Shown in pieces: positions 10,364 to 22,100 of a stretch of DNA of 64,000 bases. The translations under genes and the position numbers were made by a program. Source of the DNA: Mesotaenium endlicherianum (Eukaryota); contig WELA01001485.1 of the NCBI GenBank assembly GCA_009602735.1, positions 62,001-126,000 on the forward strand, written 5' to 3'. The notes under the pieces were generated by a model, which ran no database searches, was not told the DNA's origin, and worked only from the letters and a program-made list of their open reading frames with translations. Each line of letters opens with the position of its first letter. Within the stretch, counting starts at the first letter, position 1.

Positions 10364-10419
10364 GATGTTAGTTGTTAGAAAAAATCTATCTAACAACTGA
10401 CATCTAACAACTAACATCT
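10363..10419. repeat. Short heptamer-based inverted and tandem repeat
   Basis: AGATGTTAGTTGTTAGA (10363-10379) is the exact reverse complement of TCTAACAACTAACATCT (10403-10419). A one-mismatch copy lies at 10389-10405. Confidence 0.7.
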
Positions 10420-10422
10420 ATC

Positions 10423-11553
10423 ATGAAAAGAATCATCTATTTACTCTCCGGCATTCTGCTGCTTACAGTTGCGTGCCGGCAACAGCAATCGGGTTCATTT
10501 ACCGTAAGTGGTAAAATAACGCATGCACCCGGCAAGAGAATTTACCTGCAGGAGTTACCGTATGGCGGCGAACAGCCGGTAGTACTCGATTCCGGCAGCC
10601 TGCAATCCAACGGCAGTTTCGAACTCAAAGGCATGGGCAAGGAAGAATCTTTGTACCGGTTGGTTTTAGAAAATGGACCTGATGTGTTGTTGGTCAATGA
10701 TGCCAGGCATATTGAGTTGGCACTCGATGTTAATAATTATCGGTCTTATAAGATTGAAGGCTCTCCTGTGAGCGCCAGTTTGCATACTTTGTTCGAAGAC
10801 TATCGCAGGAAAGATTCAGCATTGTACAAAGCGTTTCAGCAGCTCGACACTTTGCAGAAACAAAAAGCGCCCGACAGTGTGCTGGCGATTGTACGCAATA
10901 CCCGCGATGCCGCCATCAAAGACATGAATAAGGTGGTAACGGATTTTATTGAGCAGTCGCCCAGTCCAGCTGCCCGTTATTACGCTATTGGCATGGCTTC
11001 CCGCACCTTGCCGCCCGATGAGTTGAAGAAACTGGTTACTGCTTCTGCCGACAAGTTCAAAGAACACGGCGGACTGGCCAGGATCAAAAGTATGCTTACC
11101 GTACAACAGCAGTCCGCCGCTACATCGAAATATGCTTTGCTGAATCAACAGGCGCCCGAGATCAGTTTACCCGATACCGACGGTAAAACTTTCCAGTTGA
11201 GCAGCCTCAAAGGAAAGTACGTGCTGGTAGATTTCTGGGCCAGCTGGTGCGGACCCTGCAGAAATGAGAACCCCAATGTAGTAGCGGCTTTCAATAAATA
11301 TAAGGATAAGAATTTCACCATCCTGGGTGTATCACTCGACTCGGATAAAGCATCCTGGCTGGAAGCCATTAAAGAAGACAAGCTGAACTGGAAACATGTA
11401 AGTGACCTGAAAAAATGGGAAAGCAGCATGGTTTCTTTGTACCAGTTCGATGGTATTCCTTTCAATGTATTGGTTGACCCTGCCGGTAAGATCATTGCAA
11501 CAGAGTTAAGAGGTGAAGCGCTGGATCAGAAGTTGGCAACCGTATTGAAATAA
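10423..11553 (+). CDS. TlpA-family thiol-disulfide oxidoreductase lipoprotein (DUF4369-like N-terminus)
   Basis: Lipobox TVAC, VDFWASWCGPCR, ILGVSLD, GIPFNVLVD. Confidence 0.9.
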   Translation: MKRIIYLLSGILLLTVACRQQQSGSFTVSGKITHAPGKRIYLQELPYGGEQPVVLDSGSLQSNGSFELKGMGKEESLYRLVLENGPDVLLVNDARHIELALDVNNYRSYKIEGSPVSASLHTLFEDYRRKDSALYKAFQQLDTLQKQKAPDSVLAIVRNTRDAAIKDMNKVVTDFIEQSPSPAARYYAIGMASRTLPPDELKKLVTASADKFKEHGGLARIKSMLTVQQQSAATSKYALLNQQAPEISLPDTDGKTFQLSSLKGKYVLVDFWASWCGPCRNENPNVVAAFNKYKDKNFTILGVSLDSDKASWLEAIKEDKLNWKHVSDLKKWESSMVSLYQFDGIPFNVLVDPAGKIIATELRGEALDQKLATVLK

Positions 11554-11586
11554 TAAAAAACCGGCGGATTAGTTAGATTTTTTCAT

Positions 11587-11620
11587 AAAAAAGGCCAGTC
11601 TCCTTAGAGACCGGCCTTTT
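11587..11620. terminator. Bidirectional intrinsic terminator
   Basis: AAAAAAGGCCAGTCTC-CTTA-GAGACCGGCCTTTT between the convergent tlpA-like and susD-like genes. Confidence 0.75.
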
Positions 11621-11682
11621 AAAAATTATACTGTTATTTAATAGGATCGCAATAGTTATACTGATAATCCTATTATCACTTA

Positions 11683-13143
11683 CTAGTTATCCTTACATAA
11701 GGGATTCAACAAAAGTTCATCTGCTGAAATAGGCCATATATATTGCTGACTGGTAGTCGGAATGCTATTCACACCAGGCTTGGCAGGCAGGGGCAGTCCC
11801 AGTCGGGTGATATCTGCTCCCCTTAAACCTTCACCCAGGAATTCAATCCTTCTTTCCGTCATGATGGCATCTGCAAGCGCAGAGGCATCGGCAAAGCCGG
11901 CAGCAGTGAAAACTGTAGAAGCATCCGAGCGTCCCCTGACAGCATTCAATAATGCAATAGCTTGTGCATCTACCGTGTTGGTCGAGCGTGTTCTTGCTTC
12001 TGCCAGATTCAACAATACTTCTGCATACCTGATTACCGGGGCCCAATCAGTGAAGGTAGAAGGCACGCTATACTTAGTCAGGTAGCTTTTACTACCAAAG
12101 ACCTGTACAAAACTTCTCCTGGCATCAGTAGATTTCCATCCTGTATTGGAAATGATACCAGTAGACAACAAAGAATATTCGCCATTACCTCCGTTGAATG
12201 CAGAGGGGCCATAATAATATCCCAACTGATTTTGTGTACCGGGCTGCTCAGTAGTAGAAAAAGGCATGGAGAGCATTGATTCAGTTGAAGTATATGGAGG
12301 CTTGAAAAGTGACGTATAATCTGACTGCAACGCATTCGCTACTCCCGATGTGGCAGTGAACGGAGGAGTTGCCGATACGATCTTATTGGCTTCTGTGATC
12401 ACTTCCGCATATTTCTGCATGCTCAGGTAAACCCTGGTCTTCCATGCAATAGCCGTATTGCGATGGGCCCTGGTAGTGTTAAGCGCTGCATTGTTATAGT
12501 CGAGCGGCAGGTTTTGCTCGGCAAACGTAAGATCGCTCAATATTTGTGAGTACACTTCCGCAACTGATGCCCTTGCCAGCGCATAATTTCCCGAATTGGT
12601 ATTTCCTTTCAAACGGAGCGGTACACCAGGTTTAGATCCATTACCATCCCAGTAGGGCCGGGCATACAATTGCAGCAATGAATAATAGCTGATGGCACGC
12701 AGTAACCTGGCTTCACCCAGGTAATTGTTGGAAAGTGTTGTGCCAACCACAGCAGAACCTTTCGCAGCCATACCATCGATGAACACATTTGCCAGGTTGA
12801 TCACATAGTAAGCGCGCGCCCAATGGTTCAGAACACTATTGGTAGAACTGTTACTGGGCGTATAATTCCAGATATCAAAACCGGTTACCACATTGGTACG
12901 CTCGTTGTTGAATTCTTCTCCACGGATATCATTGAATATTTGGTAACGACCTCCGTACATGCCCGAATTCTTAATGGTGGCATATATTCCGCGGACCTGT
13001 CCTTCAATCCTGTCTTTCGTATTAAAAGCCGTAAGATCAGAAATAGAAGTAGAGGGTACGGGATTCAGGGCGTCTTTCTTGGCACAGGATGTTACGTGAA
13101 CAACCGTTGCTGCCAATATAATATAAATCAGGTTCTTTCTCAT
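11683..13143 (-). CDS. RagB/SusD family outer-membrane lipoprotein
   Basis: Lipoprotein signal VTSC, GEARLLRAISYY, RYAEVLLNLAEA, ERRIEFLGEGLR, C-terminal WPISADELLLNP. Lies directly downstream of the SusC-like gene. Confidence 0.93.
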   Translation of the reverse strand: MRKNLIYIILAATVVHVTSCAKKDALNPVPSTSISDLTAFNTKDRIEGQVRGIYATIKNSGMYGGRYQIFNDIRGEEFNNERTNVVTGFDIWNYTPSNSSTNSVLNHWARAYYVINLANVFIDGMAAKGSAVVGTTLSNNYLGEARLLRAISYYSLLQLYARPYWDGNGSKPGVPLRLKGNTNSGNYALARASVAEVYSQILSDLTFAEQNLPLDYNNAALNTTRAHRNTAIAWKTRVYLSMQKYAEVITEANKIVSATPPFTATSGVANALQSDYTSLFKPPYTSTESMLSMPFSTTEQPGTQNQLGYYYGPSAFNGGNGEYSLLSTGIISNTGWKSTDARRSFVQVFGSKSYLTKYSVPSTFTDWAPVIRYAEVLLNLAEARTRSTNTVDAQAIALLNAVRGRSDASTVFTAAGFADASALADAIMTERRIEFLGEGLRGADITRLGLPLPAKPGVNSIPTTSQQYIWPISADELLLNPLCKDN

Positions 13144-13167
13144 TTTGCTGAATTAATAGTTTAACAA

Positions 13168-16100
13168 TCAGAAACCAACATTCAAACCAACTGTAATGGT
13201 TCTTTGATTCGCAACAGTGTTCCTGTCAATACCGAAATTGGTGGTACCATTTCCATTGGATGAAACCTCAGGATCAGGTCCGGGATAGTTGGTAATGATC
13301 AACAGGTTAGAGCCTGCCACATAAAAACGGGCATTGTTGATCTTCACTTTTTCCAATATGGTTTTCGGCAGATTATATCCGACAGAAACGGAACGCAGTT
13401 TTACGAAATCACCTTTGAATACGTTAATGTCGAGCGGGAAAGAAGAACCGTTCGAAATATTATCTCCGAATATGGGTTTGGGATAAGCTGTAAGATCACC
13501 CGCTTTCTGCCAGCGGTTCAACACGCCTACTTCATTGTTCCAGAAACGCTGATCTCTCAGGCCCGCTCCTGTACCATAATAAACATAGTTGCCAAACTGG
13601 TAAGTGAACATGGCTGTTAGTTCAAAGCCTTTATAACGGAAGGTATTTTCCCATCCGCCAAAAACTTTAGGCTGGGTAGTCTTGTATACAATCGCATCGG
13701 CACTGCTCACACCAGGTGCAACAGTTCCATCGGCATACATGAATCGCGACTGACCTGCAGGCGCCACGTGCTGGAAGTAAACATCTTTACCCTGCGAATT
13801 CACAAATATCCTTCTTCCTGTTGCCGGATCAACTCCTTTTGTCTGTGTCACGAATAACATACCAATGGGGTAGCCGGGCAGGGTAATACTCGGGCTTTCC
13901 AATCCACCGGTTATTCCAATGATACTGTTTACACCAGGCGCCAGTGCAGTAACTTTGTTGGTATTGGTAGCAACATTGAAACTGCTGGTCCAGCTGAAAT
14001 CTTTTTTCTGGAGAATGGTTGCATTTACTGCAATTTCAATTCCCCTGTTGTACATGGTACCGATATTCTGCGGAATGGCAGTAGGCACACCGGCAGACGG
14101 AGGTTGCGGTACATTCAGTAACAGACCATCGATATTGTTGTTGTAATAAGTGACATCACCTGTGATCTTGTCGTTCAGCAAACCGAAGCTCAAACCGATA
14201 TCGGTTTTCTTACTGGTTTCCCAGGTAAGATTGGAGTTGCCTGCTTGGTTGTAAACTGCTGTACCATTACCTCCGTAAAGACCGGATCCGTAGGTTGAAA
14301 GGGAAGCATAATTATTCAGACCGCCTATATTTCCTACTTTACCATAGCTTCCTCTTAATTTAAAGCTGCTGAAGATCCTATCAAGCCTGGCCGATGTCCA
14401 GAATTTTTCTTTTGTGATTTCCCATCCGGCCGATACACCCCAGAAAGTACCATATTTTGAATTGACACCCAACTGAGAGGCGCCGTCTCTTCTGAGGTTA
14501 CCACTGATATAATATTTTTTATCGAAGTCGTACTGCAAACGGCCGAACTCTGAATAAAGATAATTCTCTCCTATAGCCAGATTCGACGGATTTGGGGTAG
14601 CCCATCCACCCTGGACATTGGTAAACGCCGGGTCAGAAACAATAGTACGGTTCAACCCATACCCTGTATTGTTCGACTTCTGGTGTTCCATACCTGCCAG
14701 TAATCCAACTGTATGTTTATCGGCAAAAGTCTTGTCGTACTGGATGGTATTGGTCCAAACCCATCTTTTGTTTTTATTCAATGCTGCGGTTACCGAACCA
14801 TTAGAACTGAAGCCTTCCCCTGAAATAGGGCTATAATAAATATCATTGTCCACCAGCACATAATCAATGCCAAAGACTGTGCGAACAGTTACTGAACTGA
14901 TCGGCTTCACTTGTGCATAAGTATTACCAATAATGTGCTCTACTTCAGCATTGTTGCGGTTTTGATCCAGTTGGATCACTGGGTTATTGAAACCTACCTG
15001 TCCTACTTTGTTGTTCATTACTCCAATCAAAGCGCCCGAGTAGTTATAGGTTCCGTCGTTGTTATAAGGAGATACATTGGGAGCAGTGATCAGCGCCACA
15101 CGGCCAAGGCCTGCAGTGGCAAATGCATCACCCAATGATCCGGAACTCACTGCTGCCAGGTTCTTTTCGTTGGTATATTGAATTTTACCTCCCAGATTCA
15201 CTGCTTTGCCAATCTTGTGATCGATGTTCATCAATATGCCCAGCCTTTTAAAATCATTTCTCTGTATGATACCCTGTTGTTCTGTATAACCAGCAGAGAA
15301 ATAATAACTGGTAGATTCATTAGCGCCGGAAATGCTCACGGTATTACTGTGTTGGAAGCCGTTGCGGTATACATAATTATACCAATTCGTATTGATGGGT
15401 TTTCCATCCGGTCCATTGGTAAGCGCAAAAGCATTCGTATTCGCATTATAAGTACCTGCATTCTTCAGTGCTTCATTTTTATAATCGGTATACTGGGAGG
15501 CATTCAGCAAATCGGGGAGGCGCTGCACTTTACTCCATCCCACCCAACTATCGACCGTTACCCTGCTTCTTCCGGCTTTACCTTTTTTGGTGGTAACAAA
15601 TACAACACCATTTGCTGCACGGCTTCCATAAATGGCTGTAGCCGCCGCATCTTTTGCAATGTCAATGCTTTCAATATCGTTCGGATTGATGCTTGCCAGG
15701 ATATTTCCTGCAGCAGCGGTAGAGCTGAAATCACCTGTAAAAGAAGGCACACCGTCTACCACAATCAGTGGGTATGACGAAAGTGAAATAGAATTCGTAC
15801 CCCTTACGCGTATCACAGGCGGCGCATTCAGCACTCCACTGGGGATCGTTATCTGCACACCGGCAGCACGGCCTCCCAGGTTCTGATCAAAACTTTGCGC
15901 GGGCTTGTCTGCCACAGCTCCCCCACCTATCCTTGAAATGGCACCGGTTACTTCCCTTTTTTTCTGAACGCCATACCCCACTACCACTACTTCCGAAAGT
16001 GTTTTGTCTTCCGGTGTCAGACTGAGGCTTACAGAAGATTTACCTGTAATAATGACATCAGTGGCATTATAACCTACATAAGTGAAATGTAAAGATTTAG

Positions 16101-16299
16101 CAGTAGCTGAAACCTGAATAGTGAAATTGCCACTATTATCAGTAACCGTGCGCCTTTCTGAACCGGCTGAAACAGTCACTCCCGTAAGCGGGGACCCTTT
16201 ATCATCGGTTACTTTACCGGTAACCGTACGGTTTGTTTGAGCTTGCAATTGTACTACGAGTAGCACAATACCAGCTGCAAGAGCCAATAGTTTTCTCAT
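13168..16299 (-). CDS. SusC/RagA family TonB-dependent transporter
   Basis: CarboxypepD_reg-like N-terminus, EVVVVGYG, plug NPNDIESIDIAKDAAATAIYGSRAANGVV, LTWETS, terminal GLNVGF. Start is ATG 16299 or TTG 16305. Confidence 0.95.
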   Translation of the reverse strand: MRKLLALAAGIVLLVVQLQAQTNRTVTGKVTDDKGSPLTGVTVSAGSERRTVTDNSGNFTIQVSATAKSLHFTYVGYNATDVIITGKSSVSLSLTPEDKTLSEVVVVGYGVQKKREVTGAISRIGGGAVADKPAQSFDQNLGGRAAGVQITIPSGVLNAPPVIRVRGTNSISLSSYPLIVVDGVPSFTGDFSSTAAAGNILASINPNDIESIDIAKDAAATAIYGSRAANGVVFVTTKKGKAGRSRVTVDSWVGWSKVQRLPDLLNASQYTDYKNEALKNAGTYNANTNAFALTNGPDGKPINTNWYNYVYRNGFQHSNTVSISGANESTSYYFSAGYTEQQGIIQRNDFKRLGILMNIDHKIGKAVNLGGKIQYTNEKNLAAVSSGSLGDAFATAGLGRVALITAPNVSPYNNDGTYNYSGALIGVMNNKVGQVGFNNPVIQLDQNRNNAEVEHIIGNTYAQVKPISSVTVRTVFGIDYVLVDNDIYYSPISGEGFSSNGSVTAALNKNKRWVWTNTIQYDKTFADKHTVGLLAGMEHQKSNNTGYGLNRTIVSDPAFTNVQGGWATPNPSNLAIGENYLYSEFGRLQYDFDKKYYISGNLRRDGASQLGVNSKYGTFWGVSAGWEITKEKFWTSARLDRIFSSFKLRGSYGKVGNIGGLNNYASLSTYGSGLYGGNGTAVYNQAGNSNLTWETSKKTDIGLSFGLLNDKITGDVTYYNNNIDGLLLNVPQPPSAGVPTAIPQNIGTMYNRGIEIAVNATILQKKDFSWTSSFNVATNTNKVTALAPGVNSIIGITGGLESPSITLPGYPIGMLFVTQTKGVDPATGRRIFVNSQGKDVYFQHVAPAGQSRFMYADGTVAPGVSSADAIVYKTTQPKVFGGWENTFRYKGFELTAMFTYQFGNYVYYGTGAGLRDQRFWNNEVGVLNRWQKAGDLTAYPKPIFGDNISNGSSFPLDINVFKGDFVKLRSVSVGYNLPKTILEKVKINNARFYVAGSNLLIITNYPGPDPEVSSNGNGTTNFGIDRNTVANQRTITVGLNVGF

Positions 16300-16529
16300 T
16301 TGCAATAAAGTTTTGAGTATTAAAAAACGATTAAAATTAAATAATTATTCGTTGGAAATACTAGATTCTGCCGGAAAAACTTAAAAAAAACTTAGCCGTA
16401 TCATACCATTAAATGCTGAGGCGGAATAGGGGCCGATAAAACGGTTGACGATTAAAGTATACTATTGGCATACTTGTAGAGCACTGGAAGGACACTGGGG
16501 TAACACTGTCGCAACACTTCTACTAACAG

Positions 16530-18866
16530 CTATTTTTTTGCTTTACCGCTGGAAGTATGCAATATCAACACCGGCAGGAGGATCAGATTGGTTAGGGTTC
16601 CTGTTACCAGCGTCAGCGAAGTAAGCCAGCCCAAAGCCTTGGTTCCACCGAAATCACTCCAGCAGAAAATGATGAACCCGGCGATCAATACCAGCGAAGT
16701 ATAGATGATGCTGATACCGGTATGCCTGATCGTCTGCACCAGGGTAGCCGATACCTGCTTGTTGTAATGCGACAGCTCCTGTTTATAGTTGATGAGAAAA
16801 CGGATGGTCACGTCAATGGCAATGCCCAATGCTACACTGAACACCAATACGGTGGATGGTTTCAATGCAATACCCGCCCAGCCCATCACACCAGCAGTGA
16901 TCACCAGCGGAATGAGGTTAGGTATCAGCGAGCAAACCAGTATGCGGAACGAGCGGAACAAGTAGAGCATGCACAAAGTGATAAGCAGGAAAGCCCAGCA
17001 AATACTTTCTTTCAATCCTTTGATGATGAAACTGGAACCTTCCAGGAATGTGATGCTGCTGCCTGTAAACGTTACATGGTAACTGGCTGTATCAAAAATC
17101 TCGTTGGCTTTGTGTTCAAAATCTTTCAGCAGCACAGGCAGCCGGGCGCTGCCCACATCTTTCATGTTCACACTGATACGCGCTACCTGCCGTGAGCTGT
17201 CCATAAAACTACTCATCAGTTGCGCGAAGCCCGATTTCTTTTGACTGCCTCCGGCGCTGTCGGGCCGGGCCTTCAGGTAAGGAGCCATGAATGCCAGGTC
17301 GCCTTCATAAGGAATCGCATAGCTCAACGTATCATCATCGAAATAAGCCTGCTTGGCAAACTTCAATCCTTCTACAAAAGACAGCGGCCGTGCGGCTTCC
17401 GGACTGCTTGCTATGTATTGCGAGAGTTCTTCAATATTTGCAATGGGTTTAACGGAACGCACCAGTCCGTTCTTCTTTTTGGTATCCACCAATATTTCCA
17501 GCGGCATCACACCTCCGAAATTGCTTTCGAACCATTTCAGGTCGGTATAGATCTTATCATTTTTAGGAAGATCATCCACAATAAATCCTTCACTCTTGAT
17601 CCGCAGCAATCCGATTGCAGCGAAAATGGTCAATGCCGCTGTTACTCCATACACCCATTTTGCATGATGGAAGGTCCAGCGCTCGATACGCACCAGCACA
17701 CGTTCTAAAAATGCATTGTCGAGGTAGCGTGTATGTTTGTTTTGAGGAGCCGGAAGATAACTCAGCACCACCGGTATAAAAATGAGTGAAATAAGGAACA
17801 GGGCAATGATATTGATACCTGCCACCGCACCGAACTCTTTCAATACCGCGCTGCGTGTAAGGGCAAATACAGCAAAACCGATAGCAGCGGCAATATTGCA
17901 AAACAGGGTAACAATACCCATTCTCCCTACCATAGTTACCAGTGCTTTTTGCTTATCACCTGTTTCGCGGTAGGCGGTATGGTATTTATTGAGGAAGTAG
18001 ATACAGTTGGGAACACCAATCACTACCACCAGTGGTGGGATGATGGCTGTGAGCAATGTGATCTTGTAGCCGAGGAGTACCACGGTACCCAGGCTCCATA
18101 TCACTCCCATCCCCACCACGAACAGACTCATGAGCATGGCGCTGGCAGAACGGAAGAAAAGGATCAGGGTAATGGCCGAGAGCAGCAGGGAACCAATGAG
18201 AAACCAGTTCATCTCATCCTTGATGCGGTTACTCATGATGGTTCTGATATAGGGAAGTCCGCTCATGTGTACCGATACCTGCGCTTTTTGCTCAAAAATC
18301 TGCACCTGCTTTACAATGTCGTTGATCAGCCGGGTACGGCTCTTACTATTGACCGTATCCTTGTTCACATTCACCCCCATGAGGTAAGAATGGGTGGCAG
18401 AATTGTACAACAGGCGTCGGTAAAAAGGCAGGTTTTCGAAAACCTGCCGGGCGCTGTCGAGCGGAGCCTGGCTGGAGTATGGATAGTTAAATATTTTATA
18501 TGGCAACAACCGTTTATTTACCGTATCATTTTGCAGATTCACCACCTCTGGTATGCTGGCGATATCGGTTACCCCGGGCACTTTTTTCAGCTCACGGTGC
18601 AGTTCACCCACTTTATTAAAAAAATCAGATTTAAAGAAACTATCCGATTGAATTCCAATTACTACAGTAGATCCGTCTCCACCAAATTTCTGTAAAAAAG
18701 CCTGATACTCACGGTAGCGCGGGTTGTCGTCGGGGATGGCTTTGGTAAACTCATAACTCAGTTTTACCTGGCTGCCGAAGTAGCCCATAGTGGCTGTGGC
18801 AGCCAGTAAAAGAAGCAATAATATCAGTCGGTTTTTCAGGATGAATTGCCCCAGGCGATACCACAT
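16530..18866 (-). CDS. MMPL/RND family transporter
   Basis: Duplicated TM-loop-5TM architecture, with SGLPYIR, VVVIGVPNCIY and ALGIAIDVTIRF. Confidence 0.88.
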   Translation of the reverse strand: MWYRLGQFILKNRLILLLLLLAATATMGYFGSQVKLSYEFTKAIPDDNPRYREYQAFLQKFGGDGSTVVIGIQSDSFFKSDFFNKVGELHRELKKVPGVTDIASIPEVVNLQNDTVNKRLLPYKIFNYPYSSQAPLDSARQVFENLPFYRRLLYNSATHSYLMGVNVNKDTVNSKSRTRLINDIVKQVQIFEQKAQVSVHMSGLPYIRTIMSNRIKDEMNWFLIGSLLLSAITLILFFRSASAMLMSLFVVGMGVIWSLGTVVLLGYKITLLTAIIPPLVVVIGVPNCIYFLNKYHTAYRETGDKQKALVTMVGRMGIVTLFCNIAAAIGFAVFALTRSAVLKEFGAVAGINIIALFLISLIFIPVVLSYLPAPQNKHTRYLDNAFLERVLVRIERWTFHHAKWVYGVTAALTIFAAIGLLRIKSEGFIVDDLPKNDKIYTDLKWFESNFGGVMPLEILVDTKKKNGLVRSVKPIANIEELSQYIASSPEAARPLSFVEGLKFAKQAYFDDDTLSYAIPYEGDLAFMAPYLKARPDSAGGSQKKSGFAQLMSSFMDSSRQVARISVNMKDVGSARLPVLLKDFEHKANEIFDTASYHVTFTGSSITFLEGSSFIIKGLKESICWAFLLITLCMLYLFRSFRILVCSLIPNLIPLVITAGVMGWAGIALKPSTVLVFSVALGIAIDVTIRFLINYKQELSHYNKQVSATLVQTIRHTGISIIYTSLVLIAGFIIFCWSDFGGTKALGWLTSLTLVTGTLTNLILLPVLILHTSSGKAKK

Positions 18867-19109
18867 AAAAAAGTTAAGAATTTATTAAATAATAATATCT
18901 GCAAAAGGCCCTAACAGGCTCAAGTGCAATACTGTTAACTATCATAAAAAGACTACAAAGAAAAGAAGAAAGGACTACATCGCATCACACAATATTGCAC
19001 GAACATTGGTCGTTGAAATGACCCTTGTTTGACCTGTGCGGTTGATGAATCTTAAAATCCAGCGGATGACCCATTTCTAGTTAATGGTTTACACCCCCAA
19101 AAATCCATT

Positions 19110-22100
19110 ATGAGAAACCACAGGCATACATACCTGCTATCCTTGCTCCTGTTGTCATGCCTGTATAGTCAGTTGTCTTTTGCACAAGACGGTACTGGCA
19201 ATTATGTATACGGAATGTGTACCAGCAGTGCACTGGCGCCTGTTTATAAACAGGACTTCGGCACTGCTGCTTCACCTGGCACCAAGGCCAGGGTTCCATC
19301 GGGTTTCATTACAAATTATATTTATGATAATGTTGGAACCGATGGGCATTATATCGTAACTCCATTGGTTCAGAACTCGGGAAAAAACGATTGGGCAGTA
19401 GGAGGAGATCATACCGGCAATCCCAATGGCAATATGTTTCTGGTGAATGCCGGAACCGGAGCCAACTTGTTCTTTTCCCAAAGAGTAGACAACCTATGTC
19501 CCGGTTCAGTATATAGTTTTTCTGCGTGGCTGGCCAATGTGAATACCATATCGAATACACTGCCGATTTGTGGATCCAATTATGTATACCCCAAAGTAAC
19601 CTTTAATATCAAAAGCACTTCGGGCACGCTATTGGGAACTTTCACTACCGACACGCTTCCATTAACAAAAGACAGGAAGAGTGGTACTGGTGTGAACTGG
19701 AAACAATATGGTTTTCAATTTTCGCTTCCTTCCGGAACCACATCACTGATATTGGAAATGAGTGATTATTGGGGAGGATTGCCTCAATGCGGTAATGACC
19801 TTGCACTGGATGACATTCTTTTTTCTGCCTGTACTCCTACCGTTACTGCTACCATCAATTCAGCCAACTCAGCAACCGTCTGTTCCGGCAGCAGTATTAC
19901 TATGAGCAGCTCGATTGCCAACAGCCCTTTCTCCAATCCTGCTTATCAATGGCAAAAAAGTATCGATGGCGGAATGACCTGGACCAATGTAGGTGCTCCC
20001 GGTACCAGTGCATCCGGTTTTACCATTCCAAGTACAGTTGTCAGTGACGGGGGTTTGTATCGTGTGATAGTGGGCCCTGATGTAGCAAGTCTTTCCAGTG
20101 CAACCTGCACTACAGCATCTAACAGTGTTACACTTACCATTAATCCTACTCCTGCTGTAACGGTAACCGGTTCCACTCCTATTTGTTCTGGAAATACTTT
20201 GTTTTTATCCTCCAATGTTACAGGAGGTACTCCGGCATTTACCTATAACTGGAGTGGTCCGAATGGTTTTGTTGCTACGGTCGGCAACCCCTCTATTACA
20301 AACACAACAACAGCGGCCTCCGGCACTTATGCTTTAACAGTTACCGATACCAAGGGTTGCACCGCTAATGCGAGCACTGTCATTACGGTTAATCAAACCC
20401 CGGTTGTAGCAGCCATCACCGGTCCCAATGGCGGATGCGCCGGAAGCACCATCCAGTTAAGCAGTTCCACTGCTGGTGGTACCTGGAGCAGCAGTAATAC
20501 TTCAGTAGCTACTGTTGACAATACAGGACTAGTAACCATTCTTACCGACGGCACCAGCACCATCACTTATACCGTTACCAATAACGGATGCTCCGCTTCG
20601 GTAACCAAAAACATCAGCGCAGCCAGTGTGTTTATGAGTCCAAATGTGTTGGAATGTAACGATGGTGTAAGAACTTATGATAGTACAGCAGCCAATCCAT
20701 ACCGTGTCAAATACGATAATCCGGCAACCGGCAGCTTTTTATGGACGGTAACAGACAGTGCCGGTACGGATGTAACAAGTAGTGTTTTTAAAAGCCCTGC
20801 TACACCAACAAGTCCTTATCCGAGTTTGCAATTGATAAGGGGTAATTGGTATACCGTAAGGGTATCATACACCAATAATGGTGTTACCTGTGCTGCCAGT
20901 CACAAGGTTTACAAGCAGATATATGTAACTGTTGCGATCAATGGGTCCCGCGATACCACTGTCTGTTATAATACCAATCCCGTTCCATTATCAGCGTCTA
21001 CTTCTACTGTGGTTAACAAACTTTCATGGACCACCAGTGGAACGGGAACTTTTTCTAACAATGGTACTTCGGCTACCACTACCACTTATACTCCCAGCGC
21101 AGCAGATAAAGCCAGCGGCATGATAACCATCACAGTAACAGCCAGCACCAGCTTAAATGCAACGGGCATTTGTGGAAATGCGACTGCTACGGACAATATG
21201 ATCCTGCGTATTTATCCCGACAATACCGGGAAAGATTCCGCCAAAACCATTTGCTCCAATACCACTATCAATTATACACCTGTATCTGTTATAGCAGGCA
21301 GCACTTTTTCCTGGACCTCTACCGTTACTTCGGGTAATGTTAGCGGCAACTCTCCGTCAGGTACCGGTAATATCATTGATTCGCTTGTCAACCTGTCGAA
21401 TACCAACAATGGTGTGGTCAATTATACCATTACGCCTTATGCATTTACGCCTTCCAATATAAGTTGTCCGGGTACGCCTTTTAATTTTAAGGTAACGTTG
21501 CAACCTCGCCCTGCCATTACTATCACCAACAATACAGCATCGCTTTGTACCGGTACCGCTACGAACATCCAATTCATCAGTTCTATTGCAGGATCTCAAT
21601 ATACCTGGAGCTCATCTGTGATTTCCGGTACGGCTTCCGGTAACTCATCCAACGTTGTACCATCTGGCACCAACACCATCAACGATGTGTTAACCAACAG
21701 TTCCACTACTGCCAATGCAACGGTACGTTATATCATCACCGCCACTCCTCCCACCGGTTGTACCAGAACAGATTCTTCCACTACTGTATTGGTATATGCA
21801 TTGCCTACCAAAGCTGTTGCCGGCAGCGCACAATCGTTGTGCAATGCTACTTCAGCTATGCTCTCCGGTAATACTCCCATTATTGGCACAGGTACCTGGA
21901 CCCTTGCATCCGGCCCTTCCGGCAGCAGCTTCAGCAATCCCAATTCGCCTTCCACTGCTGTAAACGGACTTACCCCTGGTACTTACAAATTCGTTTGGTC
22001 TATTGTCAACGGCTCTTGCGCTGCTTCTACCGATACTGTTACCGTAACCAATAGCGCGCAAACAGTAGCTGGCACACTGGCATCACCTGCCACTGTTTGC

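Noticed and set aside
18995..19010. Sigma-54-like site TTGCACGAACATTGGT upstream of the giant adhesin
   Set aside because: It lacks the near-invariant GG at -24 and GC at -12, so it is too weak to call.
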